Shown here piece after piece: positions 38,759 through 48,890 of a stretch of 64,000 nucleotides of DNA. Position 1 is the stretch's first letter. The number at the start of each line of letters is the position of its first letter. Made by a program: the position numbers and the translations under genes. The stretch comes from Stegostoma tigrinum (Eukaryota), in assembly GCF_030684315.1 (NCBI RefSeq), contig NC_081395.1:6183858-6247857 (forward strand), given 5' to 3'. The notes beneath the pieces were generated by a model that was not told the origin of the DNA, did not search any database, and saw only the letters and a list, made by a program, of their open reading frames with translations.

Positions 38759-39809
38759 GTACAGCTGACCCTGTTAAATCTCCCATAACCACTGCTCTCC
38801 TCCCAAGGATTAGAGGTCATGGGGAGGAAAGAGTGGGCACCTGCTTGAGGGAGGGGGAGATGTGTAGGGCTTCCCAATACCCTGGATGGTCTTTAGGACA
38901 CTGGGGAGGGGGCTGAGTTGTAGCGACTGACTGATTGGCCTCTTGAAAAATCTCAGTGGGTCTGGCAGCATCTGTGGAGGAGAAATCAGTTAATGTTTTG
39001 GGTCCGGTAACCACCTCTTCAGGACTAGTAGCTAGGAAAAGGTCAAATTTTATGCATAAGATAAAGGGGGGAGGGTGGTTGAGGAGTAAGTGATAGGTGG
39101 AGACAGAGCCCAGAGGAGTGGATAAGGTGGCTTGGGAGGATGACAGATAATGGGGATTATTTAGTGGCATGTGGATTTATTGGGACTGAAGCCTTCGGTT
39201 CTGATCCCTCTCCTTACCAGCTGCCCGTGAGTAATCTGGTCTGTTTGCAGTCTTTGTGTCACGCTTGGCCCCTGAGATAAGTGCCTGATGTCCCTAAGGA
39301 CACCCTGTCTCCCAGTTCATCTGCTGAAATCCTCACTCCTGCCCCTATTTTGCCTCTAATCAGGATGATGCCCAACTGACTTGATTATCCAAATTCAGTC
39401 TTTAAGTCTCATCAATCTCTGGCAATTTAGTTCTCAAGCTAATGGTCTTGTTTTCCTGTTTCCTTCCCCCCCACCCCCTGTTGAATCAGGCAACACCTGA
39501 ATGTTGAAATTCTCCACTTGTTTTCAATTCCTCCCAGACCACTTCCCAATTCTACACTTTTTTTTTCTGTAACCTTCTCCAAAGCTTTCCTTGACCTGTG
39601 TTCTGGAATTCCAACTGAATCCTTTTTCTACATTGCAATGTCTGCTGTCCTGACCATTGACAGCAGAGGAACCTTGCATCCCTGAAACATCTCCACCTAT
39701 CTCTAATGCAGCTCTAACTCCCACCACCCCCCCATCTCCCTGCCACAGTGTGTCCTGTTTTTAGTGTGTGAAATGCACAGCTACAGGGATATGTGGGTGA
39801 GATGATTAG

Positions 39810-40110
39810 GACAGCATGCTGACTCTCAGCACCAGGGGCCCAGGTTCGATTCCACCCTCCGTTGACTGTCTGTGTGGAGTTTGCACATTCTCCCTGTGTC
39901 TGCGTGGGTTTCCTCCAGTTTCCTCCCACAGTCCAAAGATGTGCAGGCTCGGGTGGATTGGCTGTGCTAGGTAGGCCTGTGGTGTTCAAGAAGGTGTAGA
40001 CTAGTGTGGGGATGGATCTGGGTGGGGTGCTCTGAGGGTCAGTGTGAAAAGAGGCTTCAGTTGGCATTCCAGTGAACTTAGTGGGCCGAAGGGCCTGCCT
40101 CCACACTAGG
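39810..40110 (+). mobile_element. HE1/V-SINE
   Basis: B-box GGTTCGATTCC plus V-domain-like core. Confidence 0.8.
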
Positions 40111-41145
40111 GGTTATAAGCAGGAACAGCTGATTATATTTTCAAGTGGGGTTTGGAGCTGAACTTGTTCACATCCAGCTGCTGCCCTTCCCCCTTTTAGC
40201 AGGAAGGGGGATTGATTCGAAGTTTGGAACGTCCTTTTTGATTCACTATGCTCAATGAATTGCCACTTTCCTGTGGCTTGTTTTTTTGAAGCTGGGAAGG
40301 TTTAATTTCTAGCAAAGTAGAATGCCATGCTGTGGTGAAGTTATCACACTTGGTTGGTCTTGTACAGGGCTCATTCCATTCACGGGAAACTTTCAGCCCA
40401 TGAGGTGACTTCGAACTCTAGAATGAAAGTTGAATGAAGGAAATGGTTCAAATGGGCTCTAGTCTGAAATGCTTTACCCTGAACCCAACAGTGATGCCTT
40501 GCATGTAGCGAATGTCACTCCACTCAAACATCCAACTGGTCAAGTCCACTTCAGTAGCTGAATATCCTATCAAACATCTCACATGGAAGTGTACAGTACA
40601 CATTAGCAATCACTTTATTCCTTCCTGTGATCATTACCTGAGAAATATTACACACATTCAGGCTTAAAGTTTATTTACAACACATAAACAGAATGCATAA
40701 GTTAATGCTCTCCTTGAATTTTTACTTTTGCACCACATGTAGACAAACATCAGGACTTTCTGGCTGGGGAAATATTTTTGTCAAGCTTAATACTAGATGG
40801 TAGCTAGCAACTTTGGTTTTTTTTCTTGAAGTAAACTGTTTAAATTTTAGAATCCAAAGAATTAAAACTAAATGAATTTAATTCCTGAGCCACAATGAAA
40901 TGTATTAGCTTGTTAAACTCCCACAGTGTTCTACAGGCCACTAGTTCAACCATGTACTGATCTGTTTTAGAATAGACTTGTGCTATTTCTGAATGTCTAC
41001 CCAAACTAAGCAATGTGACTCTGCCCCCATTCAAAATGTGCAATCAATAATCCCTTGCTTTAAGTCTGCCTGTTTTATGGTGACTGCCTCCCTGACCAAG
41101 TGTCCTGATTTGCAAACCCGTGAGTAAGTCATCTGTTTCCCTCAG

Positions 41146-41311
41146 GAGTCGAATGTCTGTCACCTCGAGCCAAGCCTTCTATCTGATGGTGGATGACCGG
41201 AGTCTGGCCAGTACGTCCCTGACCATGGCGGAGATCTATGCGGAGTACGTGGAGGAGGATGGCTTTCTCTACATGACCTATGCCTCGCAGGAAATGTTTG
41301 GATTCCCCTGA
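41146..41311 (+). CDS. MAP1LC3C: MAP1LC3C-like, exon 4
   Basis: ctcag|G AGT CGA; SRMSVTSSQAFYLMVDDRSLASTSLTMAEIYAEYVEEDGFLYMTYASQEMFGFP*. The ATG4-exposed Gly is residue 126 of 128. ATTAAA at about 41324 and 41644. Confidence 0.93.
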
Positions 41312-42059
41312 CTGGGAAGCTGAATTAAATCAGACTTTGTTTTATTTTCACCCCCCCCCCCCCCCCCCCACCCTGCTGTTACTTCCATTCCTCATGTCTG
41401 TGTGGTGTGGGGTAGGTGAACTTCTCTGGGGGGAGGGAGGGAGATAGCACCAAATGGCCGAGTCCCTCCTTTTTCTGCCTCCCTGCAGTGTTTCATGCAA
41501 TTGTAGCCTAGTTTTGAACCAGTGTGGATTCCCTGTAAATTGTGCACACTCACTCACTCACTAAATAATTGTGTCACAGATCAGGATCTGACAATGGTCT
41601 GGAGGAAATGTTACAATTCTGCTTTTCCACACCTGCCCGAACTATTAAAGTTGCTCAGAAGACAAGCATCTCTTGCTCACAATTGATCAAACTGGGTGGG
41701 GTGGCTGGGATTTCATAGTCTTACTTCTGACAATAAGGCACTTAAATTGGACAGGAAGAGACGCTCCCTGCAGGGTTTGGGTAAGCGGGTGCGTGAGTGT
41801 GAGATAATCAGGGTCAGCTTTGAAGATGAAATAGCCACATTCTGCTCAGAAAGCAATGTGTGTTTCATTACGGAGCTGACACACACTTCTATCATGTGAC
41901 AGAACCAAAGATCACTGGAAAGCTTCCTCTACACTGGTTTTTTTTTTTTTCTTTCCCCTGTGAAATATTCCCAAGACAGGGGTTAGATCACAGAATTGCT
42001 CTTGCTATGCTGTTTCTTCCCCCAGATGGTGTGTCACCAAACAAATACTTCCAGGGGTT

Positions 42060-42330
42060 GATACAGAGTAAAACACAGGCTGTCACTCCACTGTTATCCT
42101 ATCCAACACTCCCCAGGACAGGATGGGGTTAGACAGAGTAAAGCTCCCTCTACACAGGGTTCCTTCCTTTGCCCCCCAACATCCAACACTCCTTCAGACA
42201 GGGACAGCATGGTCCTACAGAGTAAAGCTCCCAGCTCCCTCTACACAGCATTCCTTCCTTTTCCCCCAACATCAGACACCCCTCCAGACAGGGACAGCAT
42301 GGTCCTACACAGTAAAGCTCCCTCTAGATG
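42060..42330 (+). repeat. About 75-90 bp imperfect tandem repeat (ACAGAGTAAAGCTCCCTCTACAC...GACAGGGACAGCATGG), 3-4 copies
   Basis: Recurring motifs. Confidence 0.7.
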
Positions 42331-42873
42331 GGCAAGGAGGGGAACTTCTTGGCTGTTCAACACTGACACACCCCTCACTGTGAATGATGTTTCAGCAACA
42401 AGAAAGCTTTCCCCTCTCTGCAGGGCCATCAGCCAAGAGATGGCAGAGAGGGGGCAACAGGCAGCAGCCCCCTGACTCAGGGGTGGTGCTAATAACACAC
42501 ATTTTGGGTGGGGGTGCACAAACAGGAAGAAGCGTTGAATGCACTTATTTCATCCCCTGGCCCAGTGAGGCAGTAACCTGCCAAAGCTGCACAATCCCAG
42601 TTTGCCCAAAAATACAGCACCATCTGGTTAAAAAGGGAAGGGCGACCAGGAACAGAGAAGTGTAGGTATAACTGATCATTTATTCCTTAAACACCACATG
42701 TCTCTCACACACACACAGTGCTGCCATACTGCAATTTCTCAGAAGTCCGGTCATTCACAGTCTCTCTCTTGCTCAGGGCTTTTTATTCTTCCTTGAGAAA
42801 ACTTTAAAAAAAATATAAATCCCACAGTTGCAGCTTCTCGGGAGCACCTCAGCTTGGGGTGGACATGTTCCTG

Positions 42874-42965
42874 TCACTGTCGCTCGTTGTGGGACTGCTG
42901 TAACTCTGAGTTGTCTGCCTGGCCTCTCCCTGCATCCTGCAACTCTTCGTAGGAATAACCGAAAA
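42874..42965 (-). CDS. Unknown modular-exon gene, predicted last coding exon
   Basis: tgatttacag|TT TTC GGT..; VFGYSYEELQDAGRGQADNSELQQSHNERQ*. Downstream AATAAA at 42782-42787 and 42679-42684. Confidence 0.6.
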
Positions 42966-43203
42966 CTGTAAATCAAAAGGGGGAAGCAGGGTAAGGGTTT
43001 TCATTCATTAGGTGGCATATTATCCCCTTCATCTTTCCCACCCACTTAACTGATGCTCAAAACCAGGCATTCCCAACGGGTCAACTATTCGGCTACAAGG
43101 GGCGTCGCTTCCCCGTTGATTTTTCTCACCCTTGCTGTCAGGGTTTGTGTGTTTTGGGTGGGGGGGCGGTAGGTGTGGGCACAGGGGACAGGAGTCTGGT
43201 TAC

Positions 43204-43287
43204 CTGTGCCTTCTGCTGCACTGCGATCTGGTAAACCTCTCATCAGACTCTGGGCGCTCAGCACCTGGTCCAGCGTCTCTTCCGAAG
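43204..43287 (-). CDS. Unknown modular-exon gene, penultimate exon
   Basis: ctcctcacag|CT...ACA G|gtaac, 84 nt, phase 1-1; ASEETLDQVLSAQSLMRGLPDRSAAEGT. Confidence 0.65.
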
Positions 43288-43421
43288 CTGTGAGGAGAGA
43301 GCAGGCGAAGGCAGGGTTAGAGAGGGGCAACACAGTGCGGTGCCCCACACACAAAGATAAAAATGGCGCACGCTGTAAGGCAGCACAGGAGCGTAAACCC
43401 TCCACAAACCAGGGGGGGAGG

Positions 43422-43458
<37 letters not shown>

Positions 43459-43472
43459 TATCCAGGGCATAC

Positions 43473-43538
43473 CTTTGCCAGAATGCTCAGAGTGGATCAA
43501 GCTGTAGTCCATTGCACCAACATTGTCCAGCATCTTTC
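43473..43538 (-). CDS. Unknown gene, repeat cassette exon A5
   Basis: tttcag|GA...AAA G|gtatg, 66 nt; GKMLDNVGAMDYSLIHSEHSGK. Confidence 0.62.
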
Positions 43539-44499
43539 CTGAAATATCTGGCAGAATACAGACCGCAGTGAGACAAGTAGAATCCACACCATTAATCTGT
43601 CAGGCCTACAAAACCTTAGCATTACTGGAAAGAGAGAGAGAGAGAGAGAGAGAGACACACACACACAAACTGACCTTTCGGCATCAGGACAGAATTGCAA
43701 GAATGCCACATTTCAAAGGGGAGCGTAAATTATGCTGCGAGAGAGAAGGTGGCTATCTGGGCAGCTGATTGGTCTAAGCGTTGCTATGGAGCATGTGTTT
43801 ATTGCTCTTGATGCTTTTTCCTCATTGGATAAAGACCTTTCCAAAGTAAATTGTTGTTCCCTTTGTAATCTGGCACTCTTGCATTGGTGCTGACTTTTTT
43901 TTGGGTCAGGGGAACACAAAAGCTTCAACCATTTGTTCTCCCCCCACCACCCCCCCAATCACAGCAGGCTGTTCCATCAAATGGGACATTTGACCCTCCC
44001 ACGCTTGTACACAACACAAACATCCGTTTACTCCTCCTTCAGTTCACACCCCCATCCCCTTCTTTTGTCTATGGTGTCTATCCAGCATTCCCTTCCTCAC
44101 TCCACTGCCAAGATTCACCCTGGCTGCACAGCATAGGTAGTGAATCCCATGTTCTCCCTCACTCTATGTAAAGAAAATGAGTGTCAGGGCTCAGTCAGTG
44201 ATAGACGGATGCTATTATCACTAGACTATTAATCGAGAAACGCCGCTAATTTTCTGGGGACCCAGTATTCAGTCCCATCATGGCAAGTGGTAGAATTTGA
44301 ATTCAATAATTTAAAAAAAAGGAAATCTGGAATTAAGGGCGTATAGTGACAACCACAGTCAATCACAGTACTTCATCCACGTACCTTCAGGGACATTATC
44401 TGCCATCCTTACCTGGTCTGAGCCTACAGACACGTGACTCCAGACCCACAGCAAAGTGGTTGACTCTCAACTGCCCTTTGAAAATGGCCCAGCGAGCCA

Positions 44500-45320
44500 C
44501 TCAGCCCCACGATCTGTAACCTCATGGCCTGGCATATCCCCCACTCAACCACTAACGTCAAGACAGGAGACCAACCCTGGTTCAACAGAGAGTGCAGGAG
44601 GACATGCCAGGAGCAGCACCAGGCTGACCTGAAGATGCGATATCGACCTGGTGAAGCCATCAAACAGGACTACCTGCCAAACAGCGAAAGCAAGTGATAG
44701 ACAGAGCTACGCGATCCCACAGCCAACGGATCAGATTTAAGCTCTCCAGTCAGACTCAAGAGTCCCTACAGTGTGGAAGCAGGCCATTCAGCCCACCGAG
44801 TCCACACCAACCCTCTGAAGAGTCCTGCCGTATCCAGTCGTTAATGTTGGTGGACAATTAGACAACTTGCTGGAGGAGGAGGCTCCACAGATATCCCCAT
44901 GCTCAATGAAGGATGAGCCCAGCACATCAGTGCAAAAGCTAAGGCTGAAGCATTCACAGAGATCTTCAGCCAGAAGTGCCCAGTGGATGATCCATCTCGG
45001 CCTCCTCCAGTGGTCCCCAGTGTCACAGATACCAGTCTCCAGCCAATTCAATTCATTCCACTTGATCTCAAGAAATGATCGGAGACACTAGATACTGCAA
45101 AGGCCACGGGCCCTGACCATGTTCTGGACCATAAGTAAGACAAATCCTTCCCGGCCAATTCCTGTCCCTACAGTCTACTCTCGATCATCAGTAAAGTGCT
45201 GAAAGGTGTCACCAACAGTGTACAGCACTTGCTCAGCAACGTCCAGTTTGGGTTACACCAGGAACACTCAGCTCGTGACCTCATTACAGCCTTGGTTCAA
45301 ACATGGACAAAAGAGCTAAA
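44500..45320 (+). mobile_element. Decayed CR1-group LINE internal fragment with a short SINE-tail insertion (about 44760-44825)
   Basis: Contains the pre-RT features DQPWFNRECRR, KATGPD and QFG. Confidence 0.6.
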
Positions 45321-45587
45321 TACAGCTAACTGCTCCACACCTATGCAGGACATTTACCAGATCTGATGGGGGAAGGAAAACATGTACTTTACTGGAACAC
45401 ATCTTACTGCGGGAGAAAAATCATGTCACATTCCAGCACTTCCTGTCTGTGGTATTTGACCATGCAGTTCGAATGAACCTGTTACACTACAGCGCCCTGG
45501 AGTCCCCTCTCCCTTCTCCAGATGTGAAAGCAGTACCTCCGGAGCAAAACCCGTCTCGGGAAATATTTATTTCCAGGGAAACCGTAC

Positions 45588-45641
45588 CTTTTGTGGAATG
45601 CTCAGACCTGGCAGGATCATGTCTTCCACTCATTAACATGC
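45588..45641 (-). CDS. Unknown gene, repeat cassette exon A4
   Basis: tttttccctcag|GC...AAA G|gtacg, 54 nt; xMLMSGRHDPARSEHSTK. Confidence 0.65.
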
Positions 45642-46329
45642 CTGAGGGAAAAAAAAATACACACAATATTTAGTTGCTTGTTGAGATATTTTCCTTCATG
45701 TCCACGGGGGCATCCAGTGACACAAACAAACTTAGGATTTCCAACGCCAAAATGGGTAACTTAGCCTTCTGGTGCCTCTGCTCCACACCAGCCTCTTTCC
45801 AGAACCACCCCCATGCCTTTTCGCCTCACCCACATCACCCTATCCCTTCTCTCTCGTAACATCCCCATAAATATGTGTGCGTTCCTCTCGTCACTCTCAG
45901 GTTTTTCCCCTGATTCGGTCTGTCAGGGGGACTATCTTGTATCTACGATCCCCTGGGGCGTGCCTACATTCCCTTTCCTCTGCACCTCCTCCTGTGTCAC
46001 TGCAACACCCAAGTGCAGTTTAACCAAATTTACCAGCATTTCTGTGCGGTCCCCACTCTCTCTCCGCAACACCTCACACTAACGGACATTTACACTGGTG
46101 TATTCTGTGGCAGTCTGTGTCATTATTAAACGATGCACCCGATGGGAACATACCTGGGATACCGTAAGCAACATTGGTCCCCTTGGCCGAGGAAGGGTAT
46201 ACTCACCCTGGGGTAAGGATTTGTAAAAATAGGCCCCTTCAGCCTGCCTGCCAACGGGACCACGATTGCACCAGCTTCCTGTCTACACCCCAAAGACCCT
46301 TCACCCTCTTGCTTTGCATCACAGAATCA

Positions 46330-46530
46330 GGAAGCAGGCCATTTGGCCCATAAGTAACCTCCCCCCCCCAACCCCGCCGAAAAAGCCCTAGTCTACGCTG
46401 GTATTTCCCAAGGCCAATTCATCCCGCACATCTTTGGACTGCGTGGGGGGAAACCGGAGCACCCGGAGAAAACTCCACACAGACACAGGGAGAACGTGCA
46501 AACTCTACACAGACTGAGGGTGGAATCGAG
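46330..46530 (-). mobile_element. Degenerate HE1 SINE
   Basis: Reverse complement of the V-domain-like core. Confidence 0.65.
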
Positions 46531-46654
46531 CCTTTATCTACTCTATCACCTCATCAAAAATAAAAATTCCACAAGGTAGTTCAAACGTGGTCTTTGCTTT
46601 CAGGAACGTTTCTGTTCATTTTAGTTGTTATGTTACAGGTTTCCAGATGTTTCA

Positions 46655-47560
46655 GTTACATAGAGCTGCGCTGCATGGAAACGGGCGTTTTGGTCCAAAC
46701 ATTCCATGCTGACCGTAATCCCAAACTCAGATAGTCCCAGCTGCCTGCTCCTGGCCCATACCGCTCCAAACCTTTCCTATTCATGTTCTTATCGGAATCT
46801 GGGAACTGTACCCACATCCACCACTTCATCTGGAAGTTCGTTCCACACATGAACCACCCTCTGTGTGAAAAATAATTTCCCCTCAAGTATTTTTTAAAAT
46901 CTTTCTCCTCACTTAAAATTGAAATCTCTTGAAATCTCCAAACGTGGGGACGAGACACCCACTGTTTACCTTATCTACACTCCTCATGATTTTATAAACC
47001 TCTGTAAGGTCACCTCTTGACCCCCTACGCTCTATTGAAAGAGAAACCCCAGCCTCTCCTTATAACTTAATCCCTCCATTCTCAGCAACATCCTGGTAAA
47101 TCTCTTCTGAACCATCTCCTACTTAGCAGTGTCTCTCCTATAACAGGGTGACTAGAACACTGCACAGTACTCCAGATGAGGCCTCACCAATTTCCTGGAC
47201 AAACTCAACATGACGCCCCAACTCCCATATACAAAGGAAAACCAAAAGAACTGCGGACGCTGTAAATCAGGAAGAAAAACAAAGTTGCTGGGAAAGCTCA
47301 GCAGGTCTGGCAGCATCTGTGAAGGAGAAAACAGTGAACGTTTCAGGTCTGGTGACCCTTCCTCAGAACGGGACATGCAACAGACCCCGTGAACTCTGTT
47401 TTCTCCTTCACAGATGCTGCCAGGCCTGCTGAGCTTTTCCAGCCACTTTGTTTTTGTTCCTATTCTCAAAGGTCTGAACAATGAACAAAAACGTGCTAAA
47501 CACCTTCTTAAACACCCTGTCTATCTGTGATGCAAACTTCAAAGAATTACGAGTTTGCAT
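46655..47560 (-). mobile_element. CR1 LINE fragment interrupted by an inverted-arm Penelope-type element (47235-47460)
   Basis: LVRPHLEYC and KYLRGNYFSHR motifs; about 60-bp inverted arms at 47275-47334 and 47396-47456. Confidence 0.75.
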
Positions 47561-47741
47561 CCCTTGGTCTCTGTTCTCTAGCACTAACTCAAGGCTCTTA
47601 AAATGGATAAATCTTGCTCGTTTGTTTCACCCAAATGCAAAACCTCACACATCTTTGCTTTTGGAACTGATTACATTTCTCCAGCGAACTGGAATTGTAC
47701 AATGACATTTATAATCACTTTCTCTGGCTGCTGGACCTCAC

Positions 47742-47845
47742 AATCTATTTCCTTTCTCCGCTGAGGTTGTTTCAAACATTTCGCATTGTGTACCCTGACC
47801 GTTCCCAAATTTGCTTCGTTTTGTCCGGATGCGACAAATCCAGAC
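47742..47845 (-). CDS. Unknown gene, candidate spacer exon
   Basis: atcccag|G TCT...GAT T|gtgagg, 104 nt, phase 2-1, bridging B3 to A4; SGFVASGQNEANLGTVRVHNAKCLKQPQRRKEID. Confidence 0.45.
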
Positions 47846-48169
47846 CTGGGATTGTTTTGGGGGCCGGATTGAGTCAATTAGAACGCACACCCCTCTCACG
47901 CTGTCCAGATGTTACTAGCTGTGCTTGTTATTTAGGTAACACTGAAACGATTAGATCCCTGAATCTTACTGAAGGTATGTCACACCAAAGTGTCCAGACT
48001 AACACCAGTGTTTACAGCACAGGATAACTATTCGGCCCAAGTACTCCATGCTAGTGTTCATGCTCACTTACACATCTTCCTCATCTCCCACATCAACTGC
48101 TACTCCAGAGCCTCTCTTTATTCAGCTTCGCCCTTAACCACTCCCTGTGCCAGTGAATCCCACACTTCC

Positions 48170-48860
48170 CTCCACTCTATCAGGATGAGATGTAGGGACA
48201 GGACGCCACCATTCTGCTCCTCCCCCACTCCTTTGAGCCTGCTCAGCCATTCTATCGGGTCATGGTTGATCTGACATCCCTCACATCTGCTTTCCTGCCA
48301 TTTCTCAGTAACCCTCAATTCCCCGACTGATCAAGAATCTATCTCAGCCTTAAATACGCATGAGGGTTCTATCCCCACTGCTCTCTGTGGCAAGGACTTC
48401 TGGGGACACTCAACCCTCGGAGGAAATTCCTCCTCATCTCAATCTTCACCTTTATCCTGAGGCGTTGCCTTCCGGTCCAGACTACCCCATCAGGGGGGAA
48501 ACATCCTCTCAGCGTTTACCCAGACAAGCCCCTTAAGAACCTTGTATGTTTCAATGAGATCACCTCTCATCCTTCTAAACTCCAGTGAGCAGAGTCCCAA
48601 CCTGCTCAGCATTTGCTCACATGATAATCCTCCATTGACTGGGATTCATCCTAATGAACCTTCTCTGAACTATCTGCAGTTAGATAATACCCTTCCTTAA
48701 GCAAGGACCAAAACTGCTGACAGTAGTCCAGATGCAGTCATACCAGTAGCTTGTACAAGTGGAGTAAGACCTCCGTACTCTTATACTCCAAACCGCTTTA
48801 AGTAAAGGCCAACATTCCATGACCATTCCTGATTACCTGCTGCTCCCATGTGTTAGCTTT
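48170..48860 (-). mobile_element. CR1 LINE 3' fragment
   Basis: The reverse complement resembles the CR1 ORF2 end and 3' UTR. Confidence 0.65.
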
Positions 48861-48890
48861 GTGTTTCGTGCAGAAGCACTCCCAAGGTTT

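Noticed and set aside
43764-43795. CCAAT plus RFX X-box-like pair as an internal promoter
   Set aside because: The X-box half-site is imperfect and the segment resembles a recalled common shark interspersed repeat. There is no other support.
46154-46207. 54-nt AG..GT-bounded segment on the minus strand as an orphan exon
   Set aside because: It has a stop codon in the phase-1 frame needed by the neighbouring exons and no similarity to the cassette motif. It is left unassigned.
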